DNA of 64,000 nucleotides from NCBI GenBank assembly GCA_964016885.1, contig CAXHJY010000031.1:62001-126000 (forward strand), in the 5' to 3' direction. The DNA is from Eledone cirrhosa (lineage: Eukaryota). The notes beneath the pieces are model-generated. The model was not told where the DNA came from. It saw only the letters and a program-made list of their open reading frames with translations, and made no database searches. Position numbers and translations under genes: made by a program. Positions 14,770-29,719 of the stretch are shown here, piece after piece (within the stretch, counting starts at the first letter, position 1; each line of letters begins with the position of its first letter).

Positions 14770-17700
14770 GTTAAATAAATGTGTTAAATAAAAGTTTTAA
14801 ATAAATGTGTTAAATAAATGTGTTAAATAAATGTGTCAAATAAATGTGTCAAATAAAAGTGTTAAATAAAAGTGTTAAATAAATGTGTTAAATAAAAGTG
14901 TTAAATAAAAGTGTTAAATAAAAGTGTTAAATAAAAGTGTTAAATAAAAGTGTTAAATAAAAGTGTTAAATAAATGTGTTAAATAAATGTGTTAAATAAA
15001 TGTGTTAAATAAATGTGTTAAATAAATGTGTTAAATAAATGTGTTAAATAAATGTGTTAAATAAAAGTGTTAAATAAAAGTGTTAATTAAAAGTGTTAAA
15101 TAAAAGTGTTAAATAAAAGTGTTAAATGAATGTGTTAAATAAATGTGTTAAATAAATGTGTTAAATAAATGTGTTAAATAAATGTGTTAAATAAAAGTGT
15201 TAAATAAATGTGTCAAATAAATGTGTTAAATAAATGTGTTAAATAAATGTGTTAAATAAATGTGTTAAATAAATGTGTTAAATAAATGTGTTAAATAAAT
15301 GTGTTAAATAAATGTGTTAAATAAATGTGTTAAATAAATGTGTTAAATAAAAGTGTTAAATAAACGTCTTAAATAAACGTGTTAAATAAACGTGTTAAAT
15401 AAACGTGTTAAATAAATGTGTTAAATAAAAGTGTTAAATAAAAGTGTTAAATAAAAGTGTTAAATAAAAGTGTTAAATAAATGTGTTAAATAAATGTGTT
15501 AAATAAATGTGTTAAATAAATGTGTTAAATAAATGTGTTAAATAAATGTGTTAAATAAATGTGTTAAATAAATGTGTTAAATAAATGTGTTAAATAAATG
15601 TGTTAAATAAATGTGTTAAATAAATGTGTTAAATAAAAGTGTTAAATAAAAGTGTTAAATAAAAGTGTTAAATAAAAGTGTTAAATAAATGTGTTAAATA
15701 AATGTGTTAAATAAATGTGTTAAATAAATGTGTTAAATAAATGTGTTAAATAAATGTGTTAAATAAATGTGTTAAATAAAAGTGTTAAATAAAAGTGTTA
15801 AATAAATGTGTTAAATAAATGTGTTAAATAAATGTGTTAAATAAATGTGTTAAATAAATGTGTTAAATAAATGTGTTAAATAAATAAATGTGTTAAATAA
15901 ATAAATGTGTTAAATAAATAAATGTGTTAAATAAATGTGTTAAATAAATGTGTTAAATAAATGTGTTAAATAAATGTGTTAAATAAATGTGTTAAATAAA
16001 TGTGTTAAATAAATGTGTTAAATAAATGTGTTAAATAAATGTGTTAAATAAATGTGTTAAATAAAAGTGTTAAATAAAAGTGTTAAATAAAAGTGTTAAA
16101 TAAAAGTGTTAAATAAATGTGTTAAATAAATGTGTTAAATAAATGTGTTAAATAAATGTGTTAAATAAATGTGTTAAATAAATGTGTTAAATAAAAGTGT
16201 TAAATAAAAGTGTTAAATAAAAGTGTTAAATAAAAGTGTTAAATAAATGTGTTAAATAAATGTGTTAAATAAATGTGTTAAATAAATGTGTTAAATAAAT
16301 GTGTTAAATAAATGTGTTAAATAAATGTGTTAAATAAATGTGTTAAATAAATGTGTTAAATAAATGTGTAAAATAAATGTGTTAAATAAATGTGTTAAAT
16401 AAATGTGTTAAATAAATGTGTTAAATAAATGTGTTAAATAAATGTGTTAAATAAATGTTTTAAATAAATGTTTTAAATAAATGTGTTAAATAAATGTGTT
16501 AAATAAATGTGTTAAATAAATGTGTTAAATAAATGTGTTAAATAAATGTGTTAAATAAATGTGTTAAATAAATGTGTTAAATAAATGTGTTAAATAAATG
16601 TGTTAAATAAAAGTGTTAAATAAATGTGTTAAATAAATGTGTTAAATAAATGTGTTAAATAAATGTGTTAAATAAATGTGTTAAATAAATGTGTTAAATA
16701 AATGTGTTAAATAAATGTGTTAAATAAATGTGTTAAATAAAAGTGTTAAATAAAAGTGTTAAATAAAAGTGTTAAATAAATGTGTTAAATAAATGTGTTA
16801 AATAAATGTGTTAAATAAATGTGGTAAATAAATGTGTTAAATAAATGTGTTAAATAAATGTGTTAAATAAATGTGTTAAATAAATGTGTTAAATAATAGT
16901 GTTAAATAAATGTGTTAAATAATAGTGTTAAATAAATGTGTTAAATAATAGTGTTAAATAAATGTGTGTGTTAAATAAATGTGTTAAATAAAAGTGTTAA
17001 ATAAAAGTGTTAAATAAATGTGTTAAATAAATGTGTTAAATAAATGTGTTAAATAAATGTGTTAAATAAAAGTGTTAAATAAAAGTGTTAAATAAATGTG
17101 TTAAATAAAAGTGTTAAATAAATGTGTTAAATAAAAGTGTTAAATAAATGTGTTAAATAAATGTGTTAAATAAATGTGTTAAATAAATGTGTTAAATAAA
17201 TGTGTTAAATAAATGTGTTAAATAAAAGTGTTAAATAAAAGTGTTAAATAAATGTGTTAAATAAATGTGTTAAATAAATGTGTTAAATAAATGTGTTAAA
17301 TAAATGTGTTAAATAAATAAATGTGTTAAATAAATAAATGTGTTAAATAAATAAATGTGTTAAATAAATAAATGTGTTAAATAAATGTGTTAAATAAATG
17401 TGTTAAATAAATGTGTTAAATAAATGTGTTAAATAAATGTGTTAAATAAATGTGTTAAATAAATGTGTTAAATAAATGTGTTAAATAAATGTGTTAAATA
17501 AAAGTGTTAAATAAAAGTGTTAAATAAAAGTGTTAAATAAAAGTGTTAAATAAATGTGTTAAATAAATGTGTTAAATAAATGTGTTAAATAAATGTGTTA
17601 AATAAAAGTGTTAAATAAAAGTGTTAAATAAAAGTGTTAAATAAAAGTGTTAAATAAAAGTGTTAAATAAATGTGTTAAATAAATGTGTTAAATAAATGT

Positions 17701-19900
17701 GTTAAATAAATGTGTTAAATAAATGTGTTAAATAAATGTGTTAAATAAATGTGTTAAATAAATGTGTTAAATAAATGTGTAAAATAAATGTGTTAAATAA
17801 ATGTGTTAAATAAATGTGTTAAATAAATGTGTTAAATAAATGTGTTAAATAAATGTGTTAAATAAATGTTTTAAATAAATGTTTTAAATAAATGTGTTAA
17901 ATAAATGTGTTAAATAAATGTGTTAAATAAATGTGTTAAATAAATGTGTTAAATAAATGTGTTAAATAAATGTGTTAAATAAATGTGTTAAATAAATGTG
18001 TTAAATAAATGTGTTAAATAAAAGTGTTAAATAAATGTGTTAAATAAATGTGTTAAATAAATGTGTTAAATAAAAGTGTTAAATAAATGTGTTAAATAAA
18101 AGTTTTAAATAAATGTGTTAAATAAATGTGTTAAATAAATGTGTTAAATAAATGTGTCAAATAAAAGTGTTAAATAAAAGTGTTAAATAAATGTGTTAAA
18201 TAAAAGTGTTAAATAAAAGTGTTAAATAAAAGTGTTAAATAAAAGTGTTAAATAAAAGTGTTAAATAAAAGTGTTAAATAAATGTGTTAAATAAATGTGT
18301 TAAATAAATGTGTTAAATAAATGTGTTAAATAAATGTGTTAAATAAATGTGTTAAATAAATGTGTTAAATAAAAGTGTTAAATAAAAGTGTTAATTAAAA
18401 GTGTTAAATAAAAGTGTTAAATAAAAGTGTTAAATGAATGTGTTAAATAAATGTGTTAAATAAATGTGTTAAATAAATGTGTTAAATAAAAGTGTTAAAT
18501 AAATGTGTCAAATAAATGTGTTAAATAAATGTGTTAAATAAATGTGTTAAATAAATGTGTTAAATAAATGTGTTAAATAAATGTGTTAAATAAATGTGTT
18601 AAATAAATGTGTTAAATAAATGTGTTAAATAAATGTGTTAAATAAAAGTGTTAAATAAACGTCTTAAATAAACGTGTTAAATAAACGTGTTAAATAAACG
18701 TGTTAAATAAATGTGTTAAATAAAAGTGTTAAATAAAAGTGTTAAATAAAAGTGTTAAATAAAAGTGTTAAATAAAAGTGTTAAATAAATGTGTTAAATA
18801 AATGTGTTAAATAAATGTGTTAAATAAATGTGTTAAATAAATGTGTTAAATAAATGTGTTAAATAAATGTGTTAAATAAATGTGTTAAATAAATGTGTTA
18901 AATAAATGTGTTAAATAAATGTGTTAAATAAATGTGTTAAATAAAAGTGTTAAATAAAAGTGTTAAATAAAAGTGTTAAATAAAAGTGTTAAATAAATGT
19001 GTTAAATAAATGTGTTAAATAAATGTGTTAAATAAATGTGTTAAATAAATGTGTTAAATAAAAGTGTTAAATAAAAGTGTTAAATAAATGTGTTAAATAA
19101 ATGTGTTAAATAAATGTGTTAAATAAATGTGTTAAATAAATGTGTTAAATAAATGTGTTAAATAAATAAATGTGTTAAATAAATAAATGTGTTAAATAAA
19201 TAAATGTGTTAAATAAATGTGTTAAATAAATGTGTTAAATAAATGTGTTAAATAAATGTGTTAAATAAATGTGTTAAATAAATGTGTTAAATAAATGTGT
19301 TAAATAAATGTGTTAAATAAATGTGTTAAATAAATGTGTTAAATAAAAGTGTTAAATAAAAGTGTTAAATAAAAGTGTTAAATAAAAGTGTTAAATAAAT
19401 GTGTTAAATAAATGTGTTAAATAAATGTGTTAAATAAATGTGTTAAATAAATGTGTTAAATAAAAGTGTTAAATAAAAGTGTTAAATAAAAGTGTTAAAT
19501 AAAAGTGTTAAATAAATGTGTTAAATAAATGTGTTAAATAAATGTGTTAAATAAATGTGTTAAATAAATGTGTTAAATAAATGTGTTAAATAAATGTGTT
19601 AAATAAATGTGTTAAATAAATGTGTTAAATAAATGTGTAAAATAAATGTGTTAAATAAATGTGTTAAATAAATGTGTTAAATAAATGTGTTAAATAAATG
19701 TGTTAAATAAATGTGTTAAATAAATGTTTTAAATAAATGTTTTAAATAAATGTGTTAAATAAATGTGTTAAATAAATGTGTTAAATAAATGTGTTAAATA
19801 AATGTGTTAAATAAATGTGTTAAATAAATGTGTTAAATAAATGTGTTAAATAAATGTGTTAAATAAAAGTGTTAAATAAATGTGTTAAATAAATGTGTTA
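14770..19900. repeat. ~1.85 kb higher-order unit: copies at about 14770-16620 and 18070-19900, with a 3' half-copy at about 17220-18070
   Basis: Ordered markers AAAGTTTT, GTGTCAAA, TTAATTAAAAG, ATGAATG, AACGTCTT (15365, 18660), a TAAA-insertion cluster, TGTGTAAAA (16365, 17776, 19634) and paired TGTTTT. Confidence 0.85.
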
Positions 19901-21109
19901 AATAAATGTGTTAAATAAATGTGTTAAATAAATGTGTTAAATAAATGTGTTAAATAAATGTGTTAAATAAATGTGTTAAATAAATGTGTTAAATAAATGT
20001 GGTAAATAAATGTGGTAAATAAATGTGGTAAATAAATGGGGTAAATAAATAAATGTGTTAAATAAATGTGTTAAATAAATGTGTTAAATAAATGTGTTAA
20101 ATAAATGTGTTAAATAAATGTGTTAAATAAATGTGTTAAATAAATGTGTTAAATAAAAGTGTTAAATAAAAGTGTTAAATAAAAGTGTTAAATAAAAGTG
20201 TTAAATAAAAGTGTTAAATAAATGTGTTAAATAAATGTGTTAAATAAATGTGTTAAATAAATGTGGTAAATAAATGTGTTAAATAAATGTGTTAAATAAA
20301 TGTGTTAAATAAATGTGTTAAATAAATGTGGTAAATAAATGTGTTAAATAAATGTGTTAAATAAATGTGTTAAATAAATGTGTTAAATAAATGTGTTAAA
20401 TAAATGTGTTAAATAAATGTGTTAAATAAATGTGTTAAATAAATGTGTTAAATAAAAGTGTTAAATAAAAGTGTTAAATAAAAGTGTTAAATAAAAGTGT
20501 TAAATAAAAGTGTTAAATAAATGTGTTAAATAAATGTGTTAAATAAATGTGTTAAATAAATGTGGTAAATAAATGTGTTAAATAAATGTGTTAAATAAAT
20601 GTGTTAAATAAATGTGTTAAATAAATGTGTTAAATAAATGTGTTAAATAAATGTGTTAAATAAATGTGTTAAATAAATGTGTTAAATAAATGTGTTAAAT
20701 AAATGTGTTAAATAAATGTGTTAAATAAATGTGTTAAATAAAAGTGTTAAATAAATGTGTTAAATAAATGTGTTAAATAAAAGTGTTAAATAAAAGTGTT
20801 AAATAAATGTGTTAAATAAATGTGTTAAATAAATGTGTTAAATAAATGTGTTAAATAAAAGTGTTAAATAAAAGTGTTAAATAAATGTGTTAAATAAATG
20901 TGTTAAATAAATGTGTTAAATAAATGTGTTAAATAAATGTGTTAAATAAAAGTGTTAAATAAATGTGTTAAATAAATGTGTTAAATAAAAGTGTTAAATA
21001 AAAGTGTTAAATAAATGTGTTAAATAAATGTGTTAAATAAATGTGTTAAATAAATGTGTTAAATAAAAGTGTTAAATAAAAGTGTTAAATAAAAGTGTTA
21101 AATAAATGT

Positions 21110-24100
21110 GTTAAATAAAAGTTTTAAATAAATGTGTTAAATAAAAGTGTTAAATAAATGTGTTAAATAAATGTGTTAAATAAATGTGTTAAGTAAATGT
21201 GTTAAATAAATGTGTTAAATGAATGTGTTAAGTAAATGTGTTAAGTAAATGTGTTAAATAAAAGTGTTAAATAAAAGTGTTTGTTAAACAAAAGTGTTGA
21301 ACAAAAGTGTTAAACAAAAGTGTTAAACAAAAAAAAGTGTTAAACAAAAGTGTTAAACAAAAGTGTTAAACAAAAGTGTTGAATAAATTTGTTGAATAAA
21401 TGTGTTGAATAAATGTGTTGAATAAATGTGTTGAATAAATGTGTTGAATAAATGTGTTTAATAAATGTGTTGAATAAATGTGTTAAATAAAAGTGTTAAA
21501 CAAATGTGTTAAATAAAAGTGTTGAATAAAAGTATTAAATAAATGTGTTAAGTAAATGTGTTAAATAAATGTGTTGAATAAATTTGTTGAATAAATGTGT
21601 TGAATAAATGTGTTAAACAAATGTGTTAAACAAATGTTTTAAACAAATGTGTTACACAAATGTGTTGAATAAAAGTGTTGAATAAAAGTATTAAATAAAT
21701 GTGTTAAGTAAATGTGTTAAATAAATGTGTTAAATAAATGTGTTGAATAAATGTTTTAAACAAAAGTGTTAAACAAAAGTGTTAAACAAAAGTGTTAAAC
21801 AAAAGTGTTAATCAAATGTGTTAAACAAATGTGTTGAATAAATGTGTTGAATAATTAAATGTGTTGAATAAATGTGTTGAATAAATGTGTTGAATAAATG
21901 TGTTGAATAAATGTGTTGAATAAATGTGTTGAATAAATGTGTTAAGTAAGTGTGTTAAATAAAAGTGTTAAATAAATGTGTTAAACAAAAGTGTTAAACA
22001 AAAGTGTTAAACAAAAGTGTTAAACAAAAGTGTTAAACAAAAGTGTTAAACAAAAATGTTAAACAAAAGTGTTAAACAAAAGTGTTAAACAAAAGTGTTA
22101 AACAAAAGTGTTAAACAAAAGTGTTAAACCAATGTGTTGAATAAATGTGTTGAATAAATGTGTTGAATAAATGTGTTGAATAAATGTGTTGAATAAATGT
22201 GTTGAATAAATGTGTTGAATAAATGTGTTAAATAAAAGTGTTAAATAAATGTGTTAAGTAAATGTGTTAAATAAATGTGTTAAATAAATGTGTTAAATAA
22301 ATGTGTGTGTTAAATAAAAGTGTTAAATAAAAGTGTTAAATAAATGTGTTAAATAAATGTGTTAAATAAAAGTGTTAAATAAATGTGTTAAATAAAAGTT
22401 TTAAATAAATGTGTTAAATAAAAGTGTTAAATAAATGTGTTAAATAAATGTGTTAAATAAATGTGTTAAGTAAATGTGTTAAATAAATGTGTTAAATAAA
22501 TGTGTTAAGTAAATGTGTTAAGTAAATGTGTTAAATAAAAGTGTTAAATAAAAGTGTTTGTTAAACAAAAGTGTTGAACAAAAGTGTTAAACAAAAGTGT
22601 TAAACAAAAAAAAGTGTTAAACAAAAGTGTTAAACAAAAGTGTTAAACAAAAGTGTTGAATAAATGTGTTGAATAAATGTGTTGAATAAATGTGTTGAAT
22701 AAATGTGTTGAATAAATGTGTTTAATAAATGTGTTGAATAAATGTGTTAAATAAAAGTGTTAAACAAATGTGTTAAATAAAAGTGTTGAATAAAAGTATT
22801 AAATAAATGTGTTAAGTAAATGTGTTAAATAAATGTGTTAAATAAATGTGTTGAATAAATGTGTTAAATAAATGTGTTAAACAAAAGTGTTAAACAAAAG
22901 TGTTAAACAAAAGTGTTAAACAAAAGTGTTAAACAAAAGTGTTAAACAAAAGTGTTAAACAAATGTGTTAAATAAATGTGTTAAATAAATGTGTTAAATA
23001 AATGTGTTAAATAAATGTGTTAAATAAATGTGTTAAACAAAAGTGTTAAACAAAAGTGTTAAATAAAAGTGTTAAACAAAAGTGTTAAACAAATGTGTTA
23101 AACAGATGTGTTAAACAAATGTGTTAAATAAATGTGTTGAATGAATGTGTTGAATGAATGTGTTGAATAAATGTGTTGAATAAATGTGTTGAATAAATGT
23201 GTTAAACCAATGTGTTGAATAAATGTGTTGAATAAATGTGTTGAATAAATGTGTTGAATAAATGTGTTGAATAAATGTGTTGAATGAATGTGTTGAATAA
23301 ATGTGTTGAATAAATGTGTTGAATAAATGTGTTAAACCAATGTGTTGAATAAATGTGTTGAATAAATGTGTTGAATAAATGTGTTGAATAAATGTGTTGA
23401 ATAAATGTGTTGAATAAATGTGTTGAATAAATGTGTTATATAAAAGGGTTAAATAAAAGTGCTAAATAAATGTGTTAAATAAATGTGTTAAGTAAATGTG
23501 TTAAATAAATGTGTTAAATAAATGTAAGTAAATGTGTTAAGTAAATGTGTTAAATAAAAGTGTTAAATAAAAGTGTTTCTTAAACAAAAGTGTTAAACAA
23601 AAGTGTTAAACAAAAGTGTTAAACAAACAAAAGTGTTAAGCAAAAGTGTTAAACAAAAGTGTTGAATAAATGTGTTGAATAAATGTGTTAAACAAATGTG
23701 TTAAACAAATGTTTTAAACAAATGTGTTAAACAAATGTGTTGAATAAAAGTGTTGAATAAAAGTATTAAATAAATGTTTTAAGTAAATGTGTTGAATAAA
23801 TGTGTTAAACAAAAGTGTTAAACAAAAGTGTTAAACAAAAGTGTTAAATAAAAGTGTTAAACAAAAGTGTTAAACCGATGTGTTGAATAAATGTGTTGAA
23901 TAAATGTGTTGAATAAATGTGTTGAATAAATGTGTTGAATAAATGTGTTGAATAAATGTGTTGAATAAATGTGTTGAATAAATGTGTTGAATAAATGTGT
24001 TGAATAAGTGTGTTGAATAAATGTGTTGAATAAATGTGTTAAATAAAAGTGTTAAATAAATGTGTTAAATATATGTGTTAAATAAATGTGTGTGTTAAAT

Positions 24101-24780
24101 AAAAGTGTTAAATAAAAGTGTTAAATAAATGTGTTAAATAAAAGTGTTAAATAAATGTGTTAAATAAAAGTTTTAAATAAAAGTGTTAAATAAATGTGTT
24201 AAATAAATGTGTTAAATAAATGTGTTAAGTAAATGTGTTAAATAAATGTGTTAAATAAATGTGTTAAGTAAATGTGTTAAGTAAATGTGTTAAATAAAAG
24301 TGTTAAATAAAAGTGTTTGTTAAACAAAAGTGTTGAACAAAAGTGTTAAACAAAAGTGTTAAACAAAAGTGTTAAACAAAAGTGTTAAACAAAAGTGTTG
24401 AATAAATGTGTTGAATAAATGTGTTTAATAAATGTGTTGAATAAATGTGTTAAATAAAAGTGTTAAACAAAAGTGTTAAACAAAAGTGTTAAACAAATGT
24501 GTTAAATAAATGTGTTGTTGAATAAATGTGTAGAATAATTGTGTTGAATAAATGTGTTGAATAAATATGTTGAATAAATGTGTTGAATAAATGTGTTAAA
24601 CAAATGTGTTAAACAAATGTTTTAAACAAATGTGTTAAACAAATGTGTTGAATAAAAGTGTTGAATAAAAGTATTAAATAAATGTTTTAAGTAAATGTGT
24701 TAAATAAATGTGTTAAACCAATGTGTTGAATAAATGTGTTAAATAAAAGTGTTAAATAAAAGTGTTAAATAAAAGGGTTA
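21110..24780. repeat. Divergent subfamily island of the 13-mer, rich in TTGAATAAA, TTAAACAAA and TTAAGTAAA variants, with four degenerate internal units
   Basis: TTGAATAAA monomers were seen only here. Marker GTGTTT(G/C)TTAAAC at 21277, 22554, 23573 and 24313. Confidence 0.9.
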
Positions 24781-27700
24781 AATAAAAGTGTTAAATAAAT
24801 GTGTTAAATAAATGTGTTAAATAAATGTGTTAAATAAATGTGTTAAATAAATGTGTTAAATAAAAGTGTTAAATAAATGTGTTAAATAAATGTGTTAAAT
24901 AAATGTGTTAAATAAATGTGTTAAATAAATGTGTTAAATAAAAGTGTTAAATAAAAGTGTTAAATAAAAGTGTTAAATAAAAGTGTTAAATAAAAGTGTT
25001 AAATAAATGTGTTAAATAAATGTGTTAAATAAATGTGTTAAATAAATGTGTTAAACAAATGTGTTAAACAAAAGTGTTAAACAAAAGTGTTAAACAAAAG
25101 TGTTAAACAAAAGTGTTAAACAAATGTGTTAAATAAATGTGTTAAATAAATGTGTTAAATAAATGTGTTAAATAAATGTGTTAAATAAATGTGTTAAATA
25201 AAAGTGTTAAATAAATGTGTTAAATAAATGTGTTAAATAAATGTGTTAAATAAAAGTGTTAAATAAAAGTGTTAAATAAATGTGTTAAATAAATGTGTTA
25301 AATAAATGTGTTAAATAAATGTGTTAAATAAATGTGTTAAATAAATGTTAAATAAATGTGTTAAATAAATGTGTTAAATAAATGTGTTAAATAAATGTGT
25401 TAAATAAATGTGGTAAATAAATGTGGTAAATAAATAAATGTGTTAAATAAATGTGTTAAATAAAAGTGTTAAATAAATGTGTTAAATAAAAGTGTTAAAT
25501 AAATGTGTTAAATAAATGTGTTAAATAAAAGTGTTAAATAAATGTGTTAAATAAAAGTGTTAAATAAAAGTGTTAAATAAAAGTGTTAAATAAATGTGTT
25601 AAATAAATGTGTTAAATAAATGTGTTAAATAAATGTGTTAAATAAAAGTGTTAAATAAAAGTGTTAAATAAAAGTGTTAAATAAAAGTGTTAAATAAATG
25701 TGTTAAATAAATGTGTTAAATAAATGTGTTAAATAAAAGTGTTAAATAAATGTGTTAAATAAATGTGTTAAATAAAAGTGTTAAATAAAAGTGTTAAATA
25801 AATGTGTTAAATAAATGTGTTAAATAAATGTGTTAAATAAATGTTAAATAAATGTGCTAAATAAATGTGTTAAATAAATGTGTTAAATAAATGTGGTAAA
25901 TAAATGTGGTAAATAAATGTGTTAAATAAATGTGTAAAATAAATGTGTTAAATAAATGTGTTAAATAAATGTGTTAAATAAAAGTGTTAAATAAAAGTGT
26001 TAAATAAAAGTGTTAAATAAAAGTGTTAAATAAAAGTGTTAAATAAATGTGTTAAATTAATGTGTTAAATTAATGTGTTAAATAAATGTGTTAAATAAAT
26101 GTGTTAAATAAATGTGTTAAATAAATGTGTTAAATAAAAGTGTTAAATAAAAGTGTTAAATAAAAGTGTTAAATAAAAGTGTTAAATAAAAGTGTTAAAT
26201 AAATGTGTTAAATAAATGTGTTAAATAAATGTGTTAAATAAATGTGTTAAATAAATGTGGTAAATAAATAAATGTGTTAAATAAATGTGTTAAATAAATG
26301 TGTTAAATAAAAGTGTTAAATAAAAGTGTTAAATAAATGTGTTAAATAAATGTGTTAAATAAATGTGTTAAATAAATGTGTTAAATAAATGTGTTAAATA
26401 AAATAAATGTGTTAAATAAATGTGTTAAATAAATGTGTTAAATAAAAGTGTTAAATAAAAGTGTTAAATAAAAGTGTTAAATAAATGTGTTAAATAAATG
26501 TGTTAAATAAAAGTGTTAAATAAAAGTGTTAAATAAAAGTGTTAAATAAAAGTGTTAAATAAAAGTGTTAAATAAAAGTGTTAAATAAAAGTGTTAAATA
26601 AAAGTGTTAAATAAAAGTGTTAAATAAAAGTGTTAAATAAATGTGTTAAATAAATGTGTTAAATAAATGTGTTAAATAAATGTGTTAAATAAATGTGTTA
26701 AATAAAAGTGTTAAATAAAAGTGTTAAATAAAAGTGTTAAATAAAAGTGTTAAATAAAAGTGTTAAATAAATGTGTTAAATAAATGTGTTAAATAAATGT
26801 GTTAAATAAAAGTGTTAAATAAAAGTGTTAAATAAAAGTGTTAAATAAATGTGTTAAATAAATGTGTTAAATAAATGTGTTAAATAAATGTGTTAAATAA
26901 ATGTGTTAAATAAATGTGTTAAATAAAATAAATGTGTTAAATAAATGTGTTAAATAAATGTGTTAAATAAATGTGTTAAATAAATGTGTTAAATAAATGT
27001 GTGTGTTAAATAAAAGTGTTAAATAAAAGTGTTAAATAAAAGTGTTAAATAAAAGTGTTAAATAAAAGTGTTAAATAAAAGTGTTAAATAAAAGTGTTAA
27101 ATAAAAGTGTTAAATAAAAGTGTTAAATAAATGTGTTAAATAAATGTGTTAAATAAATGTGTTAAATAAATGTGTTAAATAAATGTGTTAAATAAAATAA
27201 ATGTGTTAAATAAATGTGTTAAATAAATGTGTTAAATAAATGTGTTAAATAAATGTGTTAAATAAATGTGTTAAATAAAAGTGTTAAATAAAAGTGTTAA
27301 ATAAAAGTGTTAAATAAAAGTGTTAAATAAAAGTGTTAAATAAATGTGTTAAATAAATGTGTTAAATAAATGTGTTAAATAAAAGTGTTAAATAAAAGTG
27401 TTAAATAAATGTGTTAAATAAATGTGTTAAATAAATGTGTTAAATAAATGTGTTAAATAAATGTGTTAAATAAATGTGTTAAATAAATGTGTTAAATAAA
27501 TGTGTTAAATAAATGTGTTAAATAAATGTGTTAAATAAATGTGTTAAATGAATGTGTTAAATGAATGTGTTAAATAAATGTGTTAAATAAAAGTGTTAAA
27601 TAAAAGTGTTAAATAAAAGTGTTAAATAAAAGTGTTAAATAAAAGTGTTAAATAAAAGTGTTAAATAAATGTGTTAATTAAATGTGTTAATTAAATGTGT

Positions 27701-29719
27701 TAATTAAATGTGTTAAATAAATGTGTTAAATAAATGTGTTAAATAAAAGTGTTAAATAAAAGTGTTAAATAAAAGTGTTAAATAAATGTGTTAAATAAAT
27801 GTGTTAAATAAATGTGTTAAATAAATGTGTTAAATAAATGTGTTAAATAAATGTGTTAAATAAATGTGTTAAATAAATGTGTTAAATAAATGTGTTAAAT
27901 AAATGTGTTAAATAAATGTGTTAAATAAATGTGTTAAATAAATGTGTTAAATAAATGTGTTAAATAAATGTGTTAAATAAATGTGTTATATAAATGTGTT
28001 ATATAAATGTGTTATATAAATGTGTTATATAAATGTGTTAAATAAATGTGTTAAATAAATGTGTTAAATAAATGTGTTAAATAAATGTGTTAAATAAATG
28101 TGTTAAATAAATGTGTTAAATAAATGTGTTAAATAAATGTGTTATATAAATGTGTTATATAAATGTGTTATATAAATGTGTTAAATAAATGTGTTAAATA
28201 AATGTGTTAAATAAATGTGTTAAATAAATGTGTTAAATAAATGTGTTAAATAAATGTGTTAAATAAATGTGTTAAATAAATGTGTTAAATAAATGTGTTA
28301 AATAAATGTGTTAAATAAATGTGTTAAATAAAAGTGTTAAATAAAAGTGTTAAATAAAAGTGTTAAATAAATGTGTTAAATAAATGTGTTAAATAAATGT
28401 GTTAAATAAATGTGTTAAATAAATGTGTTAAATAAATGTGTTAAATAAATGTGTTAAATAAATGTGTTAAATAAATGTGTTATATAAATGTGTTAAATAA
28501 ATGTGGTAAATAAATGTGTTAAATAAATGTGTTAAATAAATGTGGTAAATAAATAAATGTGTTAAATAAATGTGTTAAATAAATGTGTTAAATAAATGTG
28601 TTAAATAAATGTGTTAAATAAATGTGTTAAATAAATGTGGTAAATAAATAAATGTGTTAAATAAATGTGTTAAATAAATGTGTTAAATAAATGTGTTAAA
28701 TAAATGTTAAATAAATGTGTTAAATAAATGTGTTAAATAAATGTGTTAAATAAATGTGGTAAATAAATGTGTTAAATAAATGTGGTAAATAAATGTGGTA
28801 AATAAATAAATGTGTTAAATAAATGTGTTAAATAAATGTGTTAAATAAAAGTGTTAAATAAAAGTGTTAAATAAAAGTGTTAAATAAAAGTGTTAAATAA
28901 AAGTGTTAAATAAAAGTGTTAAATAAATGTGTTAAATAAATGTGTTAAATAAATGTGTTAAATAAATGTGTTAAATAAATGTGTTAAATAAATGTGTTAA
29001 ATAAATGTGTTAAATAAATGTGTTAAATAAATGTGTTAAATAAAAGTGTTAAATAAATGTGTTAAATAAAATAAATGTGTTAAATAAATGTGTTAAATAA
29101 ATGTGTTAAATAAATGTGTTAAATAAATGTGTTAAATAAATGTGTTAAATAAAAGTGTTAAATAAAAGTGTTAAATAAATGTGTTAAATAAATGTGTTAA
29201 ATAAATGTGTTAAATAAATGTGTTAAATAAATGTGTTAAATAAATGTGTTAAACAAAAGTATTAAACAAAAGTGTTAAACAAAAGTGTTAAACAAATCTG
29301 TTAAATAAATGTGTTAAATAAATGTGTTAAATAAATGTGTTAAATAAAAGTGTTAAATAAAAGTGTTAAATAAAAGTGTTAAATAAATGTGTTAAATAAA
29401 TGTGTTAAATAAAAGTGTTAAATAAAAGTGTTAAATAAATGTGTTAAATAAATGTGTTAAATAAAAGTGTTAAATAAAAGTGTTAAATAAATGTGTTAAA
29501 TAAATGTGTTAAATAAATGTGTTAAATAAATGTGTTAAATAAATGTTAAATAAATGTGTTAAATAAATGTGTTATATAAATGTGTTAAATAAATGTGGTA
29601 AATAAATGTGTAAAATAAATGTGTAAAATAAATGTGTTAAATAAATGTGTTAAATAAATGTGTTAAATAAAAGTGTTAAATAAAAGTGTTAAATAAAAGT
29701 GTTAAATAAAAGTGTTAAA

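Larger units (their letters stand above)
1..21080. repeat. Large duplicated segment of the 13-mer array, copy 1 (paralogous to about 30550-55000)
   Basis: Same ordered series of rare variants in both copies: ATATGG 5051/35312, TTTGG 5944/36205, TGAGG 7613/37874, AGTGG 9221/39443, TGAAT 11764/41973, TGAGTT 12969/43174, CGTC 15365/45606, TAGT 16897/47154, TGGGG 20037/53947. Confidence 0.9.
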
